From an uncultured Alphaproteobacteria bacterium (lineage in GTDB: Bacteria > Pseudomonadota > Alphaproteobacteria > RF32 > CAG-239), in contig CALXUO010000011.1 of NCBI GenBank assembly GCA_944391695.1, forward strand, positions 1 through 61,193: 61,193 nt of DNA, read 5' to 3'. The translations under genes and the position numbers were made by a program. Below the pieces are notes generated by a model. The model had not been told where the DNA came from and ran no database searches. It saw only the letters and a program-made list of their open reading frames with translations. Shown here piece by piece: positions 32,655 through 43,137 of the stretch (within the stretch, counting starts at the first letter, position 1; each line of letters opens with the position of its first letter).

Positions 32655-33470
32655 ATGACCGAAGCCTGTCATTCTTTTGCCCGACAAATAAAACAAATGC
32701 TCAACGGCTTTTCTCCCGAAATTGCCCTTATCTTAGGTTCCGGCTTAGGCGACATTGCCTCTGCTCTAAACAAGCCGATAATCATTAACTATGCCGCCAT
32801 AAAAGGCTTTCCTCAAAGCAGCGTAATAGGCCATAGCGGACGTTTTGTTGCTGGCACCTTGCATGGCAAAAAAATCCTATGCATGCAAGGGCGTTTTCAT
32901 CTCTACGAGGGACATTCGCCGCAAACCATCAGCCAAATCATCAAAACTTTCAAACTTTTAGGCATCAAAACACTCATCGTAACCAACGCCGCCGGTTCAC
33001 TTAATCCCAAAATCAAACCCGGCTCGATTATGCTTATAACCGATCACATCAATTTAAGTTTTGCCAATCCGTTGATTGGCCCCAATGACGATAATCTTGG
33101 CACTCGCTTCCCGGACATGAGCAACGCCTATGACAAAGATTTGCAAAAGCTGGCGCTTGATATTGCCCAAAAAACATCTCAAAAGCTAACCCAGGGTGTC
33201 TATCTCATGGTATCAGGCCCCAACTTTGAAACCGCAGCCGAGGTAAAAGCTTTTGGCCTTTTAGGCGCCGATGCTGTGGGCATGTCAACCGTGCCCGAGG
33301 TTATATCTGCCGCCCATGTAGGCATTAAGGTTTTGGCCTTTTCGGTTATAACCAACATGGGAACCGGTATGCAAAAAGCTCCTCAAACCCACGACGAAAC
33401 TTTGGCTGTTGCCTCTTTAGCCTCCGCCAATCTTGTCAAACTTTTATCCGACATTATCGAAAGGATTTAA
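32655..33470 (+). CDS. punA: Purine nucleoside phosphorylase (trimeric PunA/XapA type)
   Basis: ILGSGLG, QGRFHLYEG, TNAAG, GPNFETAAE, VGMSTVPEV, VITN (Asn typical of 6-oxopurine specificity). Confidence 0.93.
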   Translation: MTEACHSFARQIKQMLNGFSPEIALILGSGLGDIASALNKPIIINYAAIKGFPQSSVIGHSGRFVAGTLHGKKILCMQGRFHLYEGHSPQTISQIIKTFKLLGIKTLIVTNAAGSLNPKIKPGSIMLITDHINLSFANPLIGPNDDNLGTRFPDMSNAYDKDLQKLALDIAQKTSQKLTQGVYLMVSGPNFETAAEVKAFGLLGADAVGMSTVPEVISAAHVGIKVLAFSVITNMGTGMQKAPQTHDETLAVASLASANLVKLLSDIIERI

Positions 33471-33473
33471 CCG

Positions 33474-34205
33474 ATGGATGACGTATCTGCCGCCAAAATC
33501 TTAATTTCTGCACTAGACTTAACCTCATTAAACAGCGATGATAATGAAGACAGCATAATATCTTTGTGCCAAAAAGCTTCAACTCCTTATGGTCAAACCG
33601 CCGCGGTTTGCATTTATCCGCAGTTTATTCCCGTTGCCAAAGACAATCTACCATCATCAATCAAAATAGCCACGGTTATAAACTTTCCCCTAGGCCTTGC
33701 CGACCTATATTTACTGGAAAAAGAAATCACCACAGCTGTAAAACTTGGCGCCGATGAGTTAGACATAGTTCTTCCCTATCGCACTTTTCTTAACCATGAC
33801 ATAGATTTTTGCCTTGCGTATCTCAAACATGCCCGGCAGCTTTCGTCCTCAAAAACCTTAAAAATAATTATAGAAACCGGCGAGCTCAAAACTGTTGACA
33901 ACATCCGCTTAGCTTCCGAACTTTGTATCGAAACTCAAGCCGATTTTATCAAAACCTCAACCGGCAAAACCGATATCTCAGCCACACCGGAGGCTGCCAA
34001 CGTTATATTAGAAACCATCAAAAAAAGCGAAAAAAATGTTGGCTTTAAGGCTTCCGGCGGAATTAAGACCATTGACGATGCTAAAAAATACCTAACGCTA
34101 TCCCAGTCAATTATGGGGCCTAATTGGGTTAACTTCAAACATTTTCGCCTTGGCGCCAGCTCTGTTCTAGCCTCCCTCATTGATACCATCAAGAAAGGAT
34201 ATTAA
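33474..34205 (+). CDS. deoC: Deoxyribose-phosphate aldolase
   Basis: LDLTSL, ATVINFP, GADELD, KIIIETGEL, FIKTSTGK, GFKASGGI, RLGASS. Confidence 0.96.
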   Translation: MDDVSAAKILISALDLTSLNSDDNEDSIISLCQKASTPYGQTAAVCIYPQFIPVAKDNLPSSIKIATVINFPLGLADLYLLEKEITTAVKLGADELDIVLPYRTFLNHDIDFCLAYLKHARQLSSSKTLKIIIETGELKTVDNIRLASELCIETQADFIKTSTGKTDISATPEAANVILETIKKSEKNVGFKASGGIKTIDDAKKYLTLSQSIMGPNWVNFKHFRLGASSVLASLIDTIKKGY

Positions 34206-34206
34206 C

Positions 34207-35517
34207 ATGCTCCCTCAAGAAATCATTCGCCAAAAACGCGACGGCAAAACTCTAACCACCGAACAAATCCGCGAATTTATCCAAGGTGTAACCGATGGCT
34301 CAATTGTTGATGCTCAAACTGCCGCTTTCACTATGGCCATATTTCTCAAAGGCATGAGCGCCGAGGAAACCTCGGCTCTTACATTGGCTATGCGAGATTC
34401 AGGCGACGTTATGCATTGGGACAATCTTGGCGGACCTGTCCTCGACAAACACTCTTCCGGTGGGGTCGGCGACAAAATAAGTTTGATGTTAGCCCCTATG
34501 TTGGCTGCTTGCGGCGCCTATTGCCCGATGATATCCGGCCGCGGATTGGGCCACACCGGCGGCACTTTGGACAAATTTGATTCCATCCCCGGCTATCAAA
34601 CCTCTCCGTCAAATGACCTATTTTATCAAACCGTAAAGCAAGTTGGCTGTGCCATCATCGGCCAAACCGGCAACCTGGCTCCGGCCGACAAAAAAATTTA
34701 TGCCATTCGCGATGTTTGCGGCACGGTTGAGTCAATTGATTTAATTACTGCCTCAATACTCTCAAAAAAGCTTGCCGCCGGTCTGGACTATTTGGTTATG
34801 GACCTAAAATGCGGCAACGGCGCTTTTATGGGTTCGCTTGCCAAGGCCGAAAAATTAGCCACTTCAATTGTCACGGTTGCCAACGCTTCCGGCACCAAAA
34901 CCACCGCTGTTCTAACCGACATGAATCAAGTCTTGGGCCATAACGTCGGCAATGCTTTAGAAGTAGCCGAGGCGGTTGATTTCCTAAAAGGAAAAAACAT
35001 TGACCACCGCACTCATGAGATAACTCTAAGGCTTTGCAGCGAGCTTTTGCTTGCCTCCTCGCTTTGCGCCACCCAAGAAGAAGCTCAAACCAAACTACAA
35101 CAAGCCTTAGACAGCGGCAAAGCCTTGGAAAAATTTGCCGCCATGGTCTCATCCCTGGGCGGGCCCAAAGATTTTTGCGACAATCCGTGGAATTATTTAC
35201 CCAAAGCCCCGATTATTCGTCCCCTCTTTGCTGATAAACCTGGCTATGTATGCAAAATGTCCACCCGAGATATCGGCCTTAGCATAATCATGCTCAAAGG
35301 CGGCCGCACCACACCTGAACAAAAACTGGATTATGCCACCGGCTATTCTGATTTCTGCCAAATCGGCGATTATGTTGATGATAAGACACCTCTGGCAATA
35401 ATCCACGCCCAAACCGAAGAAGAATATTCCATAGCCGCAGCCGAGCTTCGCCGCCATATTTTCATAGGCGAAACCATACCACAACTTTCAGCCCCAATCA
35501 TCAAAAGGATTGCCTAA
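34207..35517 (+). CDS. deoA: Thymidine phosphorylase
   Basis: [46 protein letters not shown]; ATG 34207. Confidence 0.96.
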   Translation: MLPQEIIRQKRDGKTLTTEQIREFIQGVTDGSIVDAQTAAFTMAIFLKGMSAEETSALTLAMRDSGDVMHWDNLGGPVLDKHSSGGVGDKISLMLAPMLAACGAYCPMISGRGLGHTGGTLDKFDSIPGYQTSPSNDLFYQTVKQVGCAIIGQTGNLAPADKKIYAIRDVCGTVESIDLITASILSKKLAAGLDYLVMDLKCGNGAFMGSLAKAEKLATSIVTVANASGTKTTAVLTDMNQVLGHNVGNALEVAEAVDFLKGKNIDHRTHEITLRLCSELLLASSLCATQEEAQTKLQQALDSGKALEKFAAMVSSLGGPKDFCDNPWNYLPKAPIIRPLFADKPGYVCKMSTRDIGLSIIMLKGGRTTPEQKLDYATGYSDFCQIGDYVDDKTPLAIIHAQTEEEYSIAAAELRRHIFIGETIPQLSAPIIKRIA

Positions 35518-36833
35518 GGCAGCAACGGCGACCATGCCGGGTCCGAGGCATCGGCCGGAGTAATTATCTGGCGTTCATTATATCCGGTTAAATCAATTGA
35601 ATAAAGCTTAACCGGAGCTTGCGACCTTCCGTTGGGTTTGTCCTGCCGAAAATAAATCAACACACGTCCATTCGGCGACCAAGTAGGTCCTTCAACCAAA
35701 TATCCCGATGCCAGCAGTCTTTCGCCCGTTCCGTCAGGATACATAACCCCAATATAAAACTCACCGTTAGCCATTTTGGTAAAAGCAATATAATCCCCTC
35801 TGGGCGACCACACCGGCGTTGCGTATCTTCCTGTCCCGAAACTTATGCGTTTTACATCTGAGCCATCGGCATTCATCACATAAAGCTGTTGATTTCCGGC
35901 TCTATCCGAGTTAAACACAATCTGGCTCCCGTCAGGAGAATAAGAAGGACTTGTGTCAATTGCATTACCATAAGTCAACCTTTTGCTTTTGCGTGTTTTA
36001 AGATCCATTTCATAGATATTGGTTTTTCCGCCCGAGGCATAAGACAACAACACTTTTGAGCTATCCGGAGAAAACTGCGGAGCAAATGTCATCCCCGGAA
36101 AATTCCCCAACAACATTTGTTCACCGCTCTCAATATCCAAAATATAAACCCGCGGTGTGTTGTTGGCATAAGACATATAAGTAATTTTTTGCAGGTTTGG
36201 CGAAAATCTAGGTGTCAAAGCCATAGCCGCACCATTGGTCAAAAATTTATGATTTTCTCCGTCCTGATCCATAATAGCCAACCGCTTAATTCTTCTGGTA
36301 GCAGGCCCAGATTCTGAGATATACACAATACGCGTATCAAAATATCCCTTTTCACCGGTTAGGCGCTCATAAATAGCATCGGCAATAACATGAGCCACCC
36401 GGCGCCAATTATCCTTGGTTGTGGTATAAGATTGCCCCGCCATCTGATTTTCGGCAAACACATCCCACAATCTGAAAGACACTTTAAGATTATTTTCATC
36501 AACCGCAACAATTTCGCTTTGCACCAAAGCTTGGGCATTAATGGCTTTCCAGTCCACAAACTCCGGCTCCTGGCTCATTGAAGTAAATTCCTGGATATAG
36601 CTTCCCTCGTCAATTATTTTAAACAAACCCGAGCGTTCCAAATCAGCCGCAATCACCTCACGAATTTTATTTCCCTGTTGACCCAAGAAAAACCCGTCAT
36701 GGATCATATCAGCCAAAGCAATCGGCATCGGATCGCGTTGTGCACCGCTGACATCAATAGCAAGCTCAGCCTTTGCCTCCCATACAACACCAAGCACAAC
36801 CAGCAACAACGTAGCCCAAAATTTACATCTCAT
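35514..36833 (-). CDS. tolB: Tol-Pal beta-propeller protein TolB
   Basis: Signal peptide, [34 protein letters not shown]40 repeats (FSP/WSP). Confidence 0.96.
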   Translation of the reverse strand: MRCKFWATLLLVVLGVVWEAKAELAIDVSGAQRDPMPIALADMIHDGFFLGQQGNKIREVIAADLERSGLFKIIDEGSYIQEFTSMSQEPEFVDWKAINAQALVQSEIVAVDENNLKVSFRLWDVFAENQMAGQSYTTTKDNWRRVAHVIADAIYERLTGEKGYFDTRIVYISESGPATRRIKRLAIMDQDGENHKFLTNGAAMALTPRFSPNLQKITYMSYANNTPRVYILDIESGEQMLLGNFPGMTFAPQFSPDSSKVLLSYASGGKTNIYEMDLKTRKSKRLTYGNAIDTSPSYSPDGSQIVFNSDRAGNQQLYVMNADGSDVKRISFGTGRYATPVWSPRGDYIAFTKMANGEFYIGVMYPDGTGERLLASGYLVEGPTWSPNGRVLIYFRQDKPNGRSQAPVKLYSIDLTGYNERQIITPADASDPAWSPLLP

Positions 36834-36978
36834 GTCTTTTGCCCTTTACCTTCAAAAATTTTATATCGTTCTACGATACTATACATTGTTGATGAAAAAT
36901 CAATTAACAACCACAAATATTTAATATCTTTCTTGACTCTTTTGGCTTTTGGTTTAACTCTTAAACAAAGAGGAAACT

Positions 36979-37446
36979 ATGATAACCAACAACCTAAAAG
37001 AATTCAAATCACTTCTTTCCCCCAAGACATCTCTTCTGGGATTTGACTTTGGCGCAAAAAGACTTGGCCTGGCAGTATCCGACTTATTGTTAATGACAGC
37101 CAATCCAATCAAAATTATCCATCGCCAAACGCTGCAAAAAGACCTTGTTGCAATCAAAGAGCTTGTCGCTGACCGCAGTATTGGCGGATTCGTCTGTGGG
37201 CTTCCTCTGCAAATGGATGGCTCCGAGGGACAAACAGCTAAAGAGGTTCGCCTATTTGCCGCTCAAATCGACCAAGCTTTTAATTTGCCGTTCTTGCTCT
37301 GGGACGAGCGCCTATCTTCCAAAGCCGTAGAATCTTTTTTGATAAAAGAAATTGATATGTCGCGTTCCAAGCGCAAACAAATTCTTGATGCCAATGCCGC
37401 CGCCTATATCTTGCAAGGTGTTTTGGATGCGCTCAAATATTTATAA
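36979..37446 (+). CDS. ruvX: Pre-16S rRNA nuclease YqgF / RuvX
   Basis: GFDFGAKRLGLAVSD, GLPLQMDG, WDERLSS, DANAAAYILQG. Confidence 0.95.
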   Translation: MITNNLKEFKSLLSPKTSLLGFDFGAKRLGLAVSDLLLMTANPIKIIHRQTLQKDLVAIKELVADRSIGGFVCGLPLQMDGSEGQTAKEVRLFAAQIDQAFNLPFLLWDERLSSKAVESFLIKEIDMSRSKRKQILDANAAAYILQGVLDALKYL

Positions 37447-38138
37447 GCCGTGGCCCTAAGTGTTGCTACAAACAAGGCGTCGTCCAATAGTTTTTTATCA
37501 GCCCGATAAACTGTTTTTTCCATTTTTGACACATCTGTTTCATCTTTTACTTTACCGGGCAAAAAATGCCTGCAAAAGGCATAGGCTGCCGCTTGTATAT
37601 CGGTAGTGTCATAACCTATTATCTGCAACAAATCCTCAATTTTGCCCTCTTTTATTTTATCGGCATCTTCAAGTCTGGGCCACCAGCCGATTCCCTCATT
37701 TGCCAACTCTTGCCAAAAAAATGCTTTTCCGGGATCAACTTTTCTCGTCGGTGCAATATCCGAGTGCCCAACAATATTTTCCGGTTTTATTTTATATTTT
37801 TTTACCAATTTTTGTAACAAAGCGGTTGCAGCTTTTTTTTGCGCCGACGTAAAAGGTGTCTGCCCCAAATCTGAAGAACACAATTCTATGCCGATAGAAC
37901 AAGAATTAATATCTTCTTTGAACTCGCGCCATTTGGCAACACCGGCATGCCAAGCTCTGTGCTTTTCCCCCACCAACTGCCAAATCTCGCCGTCTTTGGC
38001 AATCAGATAATGGCTGCTTACCTCGTATTTTCTAAAGCATTCTATTGCCTCTTTAGGCTCAAAAGCCACCGCATGCAACACAAGCATGCTTACTTTTGCT
38101 TTTCTCTCATTCCAAAAAGGCAGTAATTTCCGCCTCAT
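37404..38138 (-). CDS. N-acetylmuramoyl-L-alanine amidase (Amidase_2, AmpD/AmiD-like)
   Basis: VLH, VSSHYLI, RAWHAG, SIGIEL, GHSDIAPTRKVDPG. Confidence 0.92.
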   Translation of the reverse strand: MRRKLLPFWNERKAKVSMLVLHAVAFEPKEAIECFRKYEVSSHYLIAKDGEIWQLVGEKHRAWHAGVAKWREFKEDINSCSIGIELCSSDLGQTPFTSAQKKAATALLQKLVKKYKIKPENIVGHSDIAPTRKVDPGKAFFWQELANEGIGWWPRLEDADKIKEGKIEDLLQIIGYDTTDIQAAAYAFCRHFLPGKVKDETDVSKMEKTVYRADKKLLDDALFVATLRATAYKYLSASKTPCKI

Positions 38139-39295
38139 TTTTTAGTTCTCACCCTAACAATTTCCTGATAAGCCAAATTAATCTCGGACATCTTGGCGGT
38201 TGCTTCTTTCTTTTCTGCCTCCGAAGCTTTGGCAAGCTTGTCCGGATGATAAATCATAATCAGCTTCTTCCACTTAGCCTTTATTTCTTCCAGAGATGCA
38301 TCCTGAGGCATCTCCAATACTTCATAACATTTGGCCAATTTTTTACTGACGGGTTTTTTATAAAAAATCTTTTTAATTTTTGCAAAAGCCTCATTATCCA
38401 AATTAATAATATCAGCAATCTGTTTCAGCATCTCAAGCTGTTTTGCACTTACGACAGCGTTGGCCGCGGCAATTTTAAACAAATTTTCGAGCGAGCTTTC
38501 CTTCAAATCGTCGTTCATTCTGGTCAGTTCTTCCAAAACAAGGGCGTATTTTTCCACACTACGCAAATGTTTCGCCGGCGTATTAAAAATATCAGCCACC
38601 AAAGATTTCTGCATTTGTTTTACGGCAAACACCTGGTTAAACACTTCCTTTTCTCTTGCCGTAACTTTACCATCGGCCTCGGCGATATGCGCCGCCAAGG
38701 CTGCCATCACTTCCAAATACCTGCGATGTTCTCCGCCATAGGCATTGCGCCAAAGTTTTAAGGGATTAATTTTTTGCCAATAACCACTCAATCGTTGAAA
38801 CGGAATAAGCTTAGCCCCCTCCAAGCGCCGATAATCAGCCACAAACCCCAAAATAACACCGACGCAGACGATAAGCGGGCTTCTCAACATAAAACCAATA
38901 ACTAAACCTAAAATTGCCCCCCAATGATTATCAAAAAAATGATCGGTATCTTTTTTAATTCGTCTTACCTCCATATTTTGCGGCATATCAAAAACCACCG
39001 TTCCGACAATAAACAGCAAAATAAATCCCCACAATCCAAACAGCAACGCGCCCAAGATTGCGCCCCAAAGTTTTCCCCAAATATTGCCGTCCATCCGATT
39101 ATAATAGCGATAATATTTGTACGGAAGCTTAACTCTAATGGCATCGTCAGCCTGGTTAATCAAGCGCTCTATTTTACGAATAACATAGGTTTTATCAATC
39201 AGCATATGCCCCAAAAACAGACCTACCAACAAACCATTAAGCCCAAAAAAGCGTAAACCGATTAATGCTAAAGTTAATTTACCCAGAGGAGACAT
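38135..39295 (-). CDS. DjlA-like co-chaperone (TerB-like plus J domain) with triplicated N-terminal membrane segment
   Basis: AEADGKV...E TerB-like region, C-terminal J domain YHPDK, three Gly-rich hydrophobic segments; ATG 39295 preferred. Confidence 0.85.
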   Translation of the reverse strand: MSPLGKLTLALIGLRFFGLNGLLVGLFLGHMLIDKTYVIRKIERLINQADDAIRVKLPYKYYRYYNRMDGNIWGKLWGAILGALLFGLWGFILLFIVGTVVFDMPQNMEVRRIKKDTDHFFDNHWGAILGLVIGFMLRSPLIVCVGVILGFVADYRRLEGAKLIPFQRLSGYWQKINPLKLWRNAYGGEHRRYLEVMAALAAHIAEADGKVTAREKEVFNQVFAVKQMQKSLVADIFNTPAKHLRSVEKYALVLEELTRMNDDLKESSLENLFKIAAANAVVSAKQLEMLKQIADIINLDNEAFAKIKKIFYKKPVSKKLAKCYEVLEMPQDASLEEIKAKWKKLIMIYHPDKLAKASEAEKKEATAKMSEINLAYQEIVRVRTKK

Positions 39296-39309
39296 ATTTT
39301 TCAATCCTT

Positions 39310-40068
39310 TCACAAAACAATTGTCGATATTTCGGTAGCAAAACACTTTGGTTTTTTAACAATTCCCTGATGTGTAAACCGCCTAAAACTATAATAATTA
39401 TCTTTCATTTCATAGGTATCATGACCTGATACTTTAACATTTTTAATGCCGCATTTTTTAAGTTTATCGACACAAAATTTTTCCAAATCAAATTGATAAT
39501 ACCCAAGTTTTTTTCCTTTGGCAAAATATTTTTCAAACTTGAGATTATCATCCATAAATTGTTTATAAAAAGCCTCATCAACCTCATAAGATTTCTGAGC
39601 AATACAAGGGCCCACCGCTGCTGCAATATTTTGTATATCGGCCCCTTTTTCAAGCATCAATCCGACAACATTTTCAATAATTCCTTTATAGGCGCCGCGC
39701 CACCCGGCATGTGCCGCACCTATTACACCGGCTTTATCATCTTCCAGCAACACCGGCGCACAATCAGCGGTTCTGATACATAATATTATATCTTTTTTAT
39801 CGGTAACCGCCCCGTCAGCATAAATTTTATCTTGACTTGGTGCCTCTACATACACCGCATCAGAACTTACTCCCTGATTCAAAAGCAACAGATTTTCTTT
39901 TTTCAAACCAAATCGTTGCGCGACAATACTTAAATTTTGATTTAAGTTTTCAATATCATCATCGCTTTTGGTATTAACATTAAGCCCGGCATAGATTCCC
40001 TTTGACACTCCTCCTTTTGCTCCGAAGAAGCAGTGTTTCAAAGGATTAAGATTGGGCGCCGTCCACAT
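39310..40068 (-). CDS. pgeF: PgeF/YfiH family (peptidoglycan editing factor / purine nucleoside phosphorylase)
   Basis: KGGVS, TADCAPV, HAGWRG, GPCI...YEV, YYSFRR. Confidence 0.92.
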   Translation of the reverse strand: MWTAPNLNPLKHCFFGAKGGVSKGIYAGLNVNTKSDDDIENLNQNLSIVAQRFGLKKENLLLLNQGVSSDAVYVEAPSQDKIYADGAVTDKKDIILCIRTADCAPVLLEDDKAGVIGAAHAGWRGAYKGIIENVVGLMLEKGADIQNIAAAVGPCIAQKSYEVDEAFYKQFMDDNLKFEKYFAKGKKLGYYQFDLEKFCVDKLKKCGIKNVKVSGHDTYEMKDNYYSFRRFTHQGIVKKPKCFATEISTIVL

Positions 40069-40074
40069 TATCGT

Positions 40075-41271
40075 CTAGCTCCGTTGATAAAAAGAAGTTC
40101 CGCATCGAAGTTTCAATCCCAAGACATTTGCCACGGTTTGCCCCACATCGGCAAAAGTCTTTCTTTGGCCAAGATTGCCCGCTTTAATATTATGCCCAAA
40201 CATTATAACCGGAATTTGCTCTCTTGTATGATCCGTTCCCTTAGCCGTCGGATCATTTCCATGATCGGCCACCACCAAGGCCACATCATCTTTTTTCATA
40301 ATTGCGGCCAATTCCGGCAGTCTGGCATCAAAATATTCCAAAGCCTTGGCATATCCTGCCACATCGCGCCTATGCCCATAAAGCATATCAAAATCCACAA
40401 AATTGGTAAATATCAAGCTGTTATCAGGCGCTGTTTGCACGGCACTCAAAGTTTTATCCCACAGCTCTTGCAAACCCGAGGCCAATATTTTTTCGCTAAC
40501 GCCGCAACCGGCATAAATATCGCTTATTTTACCGATGGCAATAACTTTTTTGCCGCTTTCCTTCACCACATCAAGCAAAGTTTTTTCAGGCGGCCTAACC
40601 GAGTAGTCGTGGCGGTTTTTGGTTCTTACAAACTCTCCGCTTTTTTCACCCTCAAACGGCCTGGCAATAACTCTGGCAATATTATAAGGTTTTAGTTCCT
40701 CAAAAGCAATTTGGCAAACATCATAAAGCCTCTCCAACCCAAAATATTTTTCATGTGCGGCAATCTGAAAACAGCTATCAGCCGAGGTATAGCAGATTGG
40801 CATTCCCGAGCGAATGTGTTCTTCGCCCAGCTCCTGAATAATCACGGTTCCCGAGGCGGCCTTATTACCCAAAATGCCCTTTAGACCGGCTCTGTAGCAA
40901 ATTTTTTGGATTAACTCCTCGGGAAACGACGGAAATTCCGGCCTAAAATACCCCCAAGGTTTTTCAACCGGCACTCCTGCCAACTCCCAATGCCCTGAGG
41001 AAGTATCCTTAGCTTTGCTAACCTCCAAGCAGTGACCATAGGCGGCAGGCAGATTAACTTTAGCTCCGTCCAAAGCCAACCGACGTTTATTGCCGCTTGC
41101 CTCGTTTGCGGCCTCAAGCAGCCCAAGCTTCACCAAATTCGGAATTTTCAAATCCCCATACTTATCAACGATATGCCCAAGCGTATCAGCACCCTCATCC
41201 CCAAAGGCAGCGGCATCCGGCGCTCCGCCGACACCAAAAGAGTCCATCATCAAAACAATTACTCTGGGCAT
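40075..41271 (-). CDS. deoB: Phosphopentomutase
   Basis: MDSFGVG, KDTSSGHWE, YTSADS, RVIARPF, DFDMLYGHRRD, ADHGNDP, HTREQIP. Confidence 0.97.
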   Translation of the reverse strand: MPRVIVLMMDSFGVGGAPDAAAFGDEGADTLGHIVDKYGDLKIPNLVKLGLLEAANEASGNKRRLALDGAKVNLPAAYGHCLEVSKAKDTSSGHWELAGVPVEKPWGYFRPEFPSFPEELIQKICYRAGLKGILGNKAASGTVIIQELGEEHIRSGMPICYTSADSCFQIAAHEKYFGLERLYDVCQIAFEELKPYNIARVIARPFEGEKSGEFVRTKNRHDYSVRPPEKTLLDVVKESGKKVIAIGKISDIYAGCGVSEKILASGLQELWDKTLSAVQTAPDNSLIFTNFVDFDMLYGHRRDVAGYAKALEYFDARLPELAAIMKKDDVALVVADHGNDPTAKGTDHTREQIPVIMFGHNIKAGNLGQRKTFADVGQTVANVLGLKLRCGTSFYQRS

Positions 41272-41289
41272 TATCCAAACATCCTTTTT

Positions 41290-42714
41290 TTATTTAACAC
41301 AAACCGTATGCAGCATATTGGTTCTCCCTTTAACATTCAAAGGAAACCCCGCGGTAATAATAATATGATCTCCCGGTTTGGCCAAACCGGTAGCTTTAAC
41401 ATGTTTTGCCGCGCATTTTTCAACACTGTCAAAAGCCTTAAAACTTTCTTTATTTACACAAGGTCTAACCCCCCAAACCAAAACCATCTGCCTTGCCACT
41501 TTAATATCCGGCGACAGCGCCAAAATCGGCAATGCTGGCCTTTCGCGCGCAGTCAAAAAGGTAGTAAATCCTGATGATGAATAGCTAACGATAGCTCTGA
41601 CATTTTTCAACACTCCGGCCAGCTCCGAGGCGGCAAAAGTAATGGCATCAGCCTCCGAGGCCTCGCAAGGAGCCTGCCTTGAGCTGTTCATCAGCTCAAA
41701 AAACAGCGGATCATTTTCCACTTGTTTAATAATACAATGCATCATATTAACGGCATTAACCGGATATTTTCCGGCCGCGGTCTCGGCCGAAAGCATAACG
41801 GTGTCTGCACCGTCATAAACAGCCGTGGCCACATCGGAAACCTCAGCTCTGGTAGGGGTAGGATTACCAATCATCGATTCGAGCATTTGGGTTGCAATAA
41901 TCACCGGCTTGGCATATTTGCGACACAGTTTAACGATTCTTTTTTGCAACACCGGCACGGTTTGTATCGGGCACTCAACACCAAGATCACCTCTTGCCAC
42001 CATAACGGCATCGGTTTCTCTCACAATATTTTCCAAATCCTCAATTGCGCTTGGTTTCTCAAGCTTGGCAATAACTCTGGCCTTACCGTCGATTAGTTTT
42101 TTAAGTTCTCTGACATCGTCGGCCTTTTGCACAAAAGACAATCCTATCCAGTCCACGCCCGTTTTCAAAGCAAACTTAAGATCTTCCTTATCTTTTTTGG
42201 TAATTGCCGATATATTAAGTTTGGTATTAGGCAGATTAACCCCTTTGTGGCTTGAGATAAACCCGCCGACCACAACTGTTGTTTCCAAAATTTGTTTTGA
42301 GCATTTATCGACTCTCAAAGCGATATATCCGTCATTAACCAACAACGTATCTCCTGGTTTTACGGCCTCAAAAATTTCTTTATGGGGCAAGCAAACTCTG
42401 GTTTCATCGCCGAGTTTTGGGTTCATATCCAAGACAAATTTTTGCCCTTCTTTAAGCAAGACTTTTTCATCTCTAAAATCGCCGACCCTGAGTTTTGGCC
42501 CCTGCAAATCGGCCAAGATTGAGATTAAACGTCCTTTTTCTTTTTCAAGCGAGCGAATAATTTTAATCCGTTTTTTGTGTTCCTCATGAGTTCCATGGCT
42601 AAAATTAACTCTGAAAGCATCGGCCCCGGCATCAAGCAAAGCTGACAACTGTTCTTTTGTAGCCGAAGACGGCCCGATGGTTGCTAATATTTTAGTATGA
42701 GTATCTGTTGGCAT
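41290..42714 (-). CDS. pyk: Pyruvate kinase
   Basis: TKILATIGP, RVNFSHG, DLQGPKLR, MVARGDLGVE, ATQMLESM, MLSAETA; ATG 42714 or 42729. Confidence 0.98.
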   Translation of the reverse strand: MPTDTHTKILATIGPSSATKEQLSALLDAGADAFRVNFSHGTHEEHKKRIKIIRSLEKEKGRLISILADLQGPKLRVGDFRDEKVLLKEGQKFVLDMNPKLGDETRVCLPHKEIFEAVKPGDTLLVNDGYIALRVDKCSKQILETTVVVGGFISSHKGVNLPNTKLNISAITKKDKEDLKFALKTGVDWIGLSFVQKADDVRELKKLIDGKARVIAKLEKPSAIEDLENIVRETDAVMVARGDLGVECPIQTVPVLQKRIVKLCRKYAKPVIIATQMLESMIGNPTPTRAEVSDVATAVYDGADTVMLSAETAAGKYPVNAVNMMHCIIKQVENDPLFFELMNSSRQAPCEASEADAITFAASELAGVLKNVRAIVSYSSSGFTTFLTARERPALPILALSPDIKVARQMVLVWGVRPCVNKESFKAFDSVEKCAAKHVKATGLAKPGDHIIITAGFPLNVKGRTNMLHTVCVK

Positions 42715-42788
42715 ATTAATTTCCCTCAAATAAAAAACTTTTATTTTAGATATAGTTCAAATAAGTTAATAACGAGTTATTTTTATAC

Positions 42789-42817
42789 TTGTAAATAACA
42801 ATTAAATTTGTTAAATT
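42789..42817 (+). promoter_or_regulatory. Putative promoter of gapR
   Basis: TTGTAA, 17 bp, TAAATT; SD AAGGAG upstream of the ATG. Confidence 0.45.
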
Positions 42818-42854
42818 CCAGCAAAATCTGATTTTATAAGCAAGGAGAACAACC

Positions 42855-43109
42855 ATGACAGAACAAACAACCGAAGTTGGTGGCATAGCAGCCGACCGCC
42901 TGCGTTCTTTAATTGAGCGTATTGAGCGTCTTGAGGAAGAGAAGAAAGCCATATCCTCAGACATCCGCGATATTTTTGCCGAGGCCAAATCGGCAGGATT
43001 CGATGTCAAGATTATGCGTGCGGTCATCAAATTGCGCAAAATGAACGCCGCCGACCGCGACGAGCAGGAATTTTTGCTTGACACTTATAAAAAAGCTCTT
43101 GATATCTAA
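42855..43109 (+). CDS. gapR: GapR / DUF2312 nucleoid-associated protein
   Basis: LRSLIERIERLEEEKKAISSDIRDIFAEAKSAGFDVKIMRAVIKLRK. Confidence 0.95.
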   Translation: MTEQTTEVGGIAADRLRSLIERIERLEEEKKAISSDIRDIFAEAKSAGFDVKIMRAVIKLRKMNAADRDEQEFLLDTYKKALDI

Positions 43110-43137
43110 AAAAAGCCCCTTTCAAGGGGCTTTTTTT
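43108..43137. terminator. Bidirectional terminator between gapR and grpE
   Basis: AAAAAAGCCCCTT-tc-AAGGGGCTTTTTT. Confidence 0.9.

Noticed and set aside
42766-42780. TTAA-N7-TTAT CtrA-like box upstream of gapR
   Set aside because: Imperfect single match in a very AT-rich spacer; expected by chance.
42746-43084. 112-aa ORF antisense to gapR
   Set aside because: Mirror frame of a well-conserved gene; no independent support.
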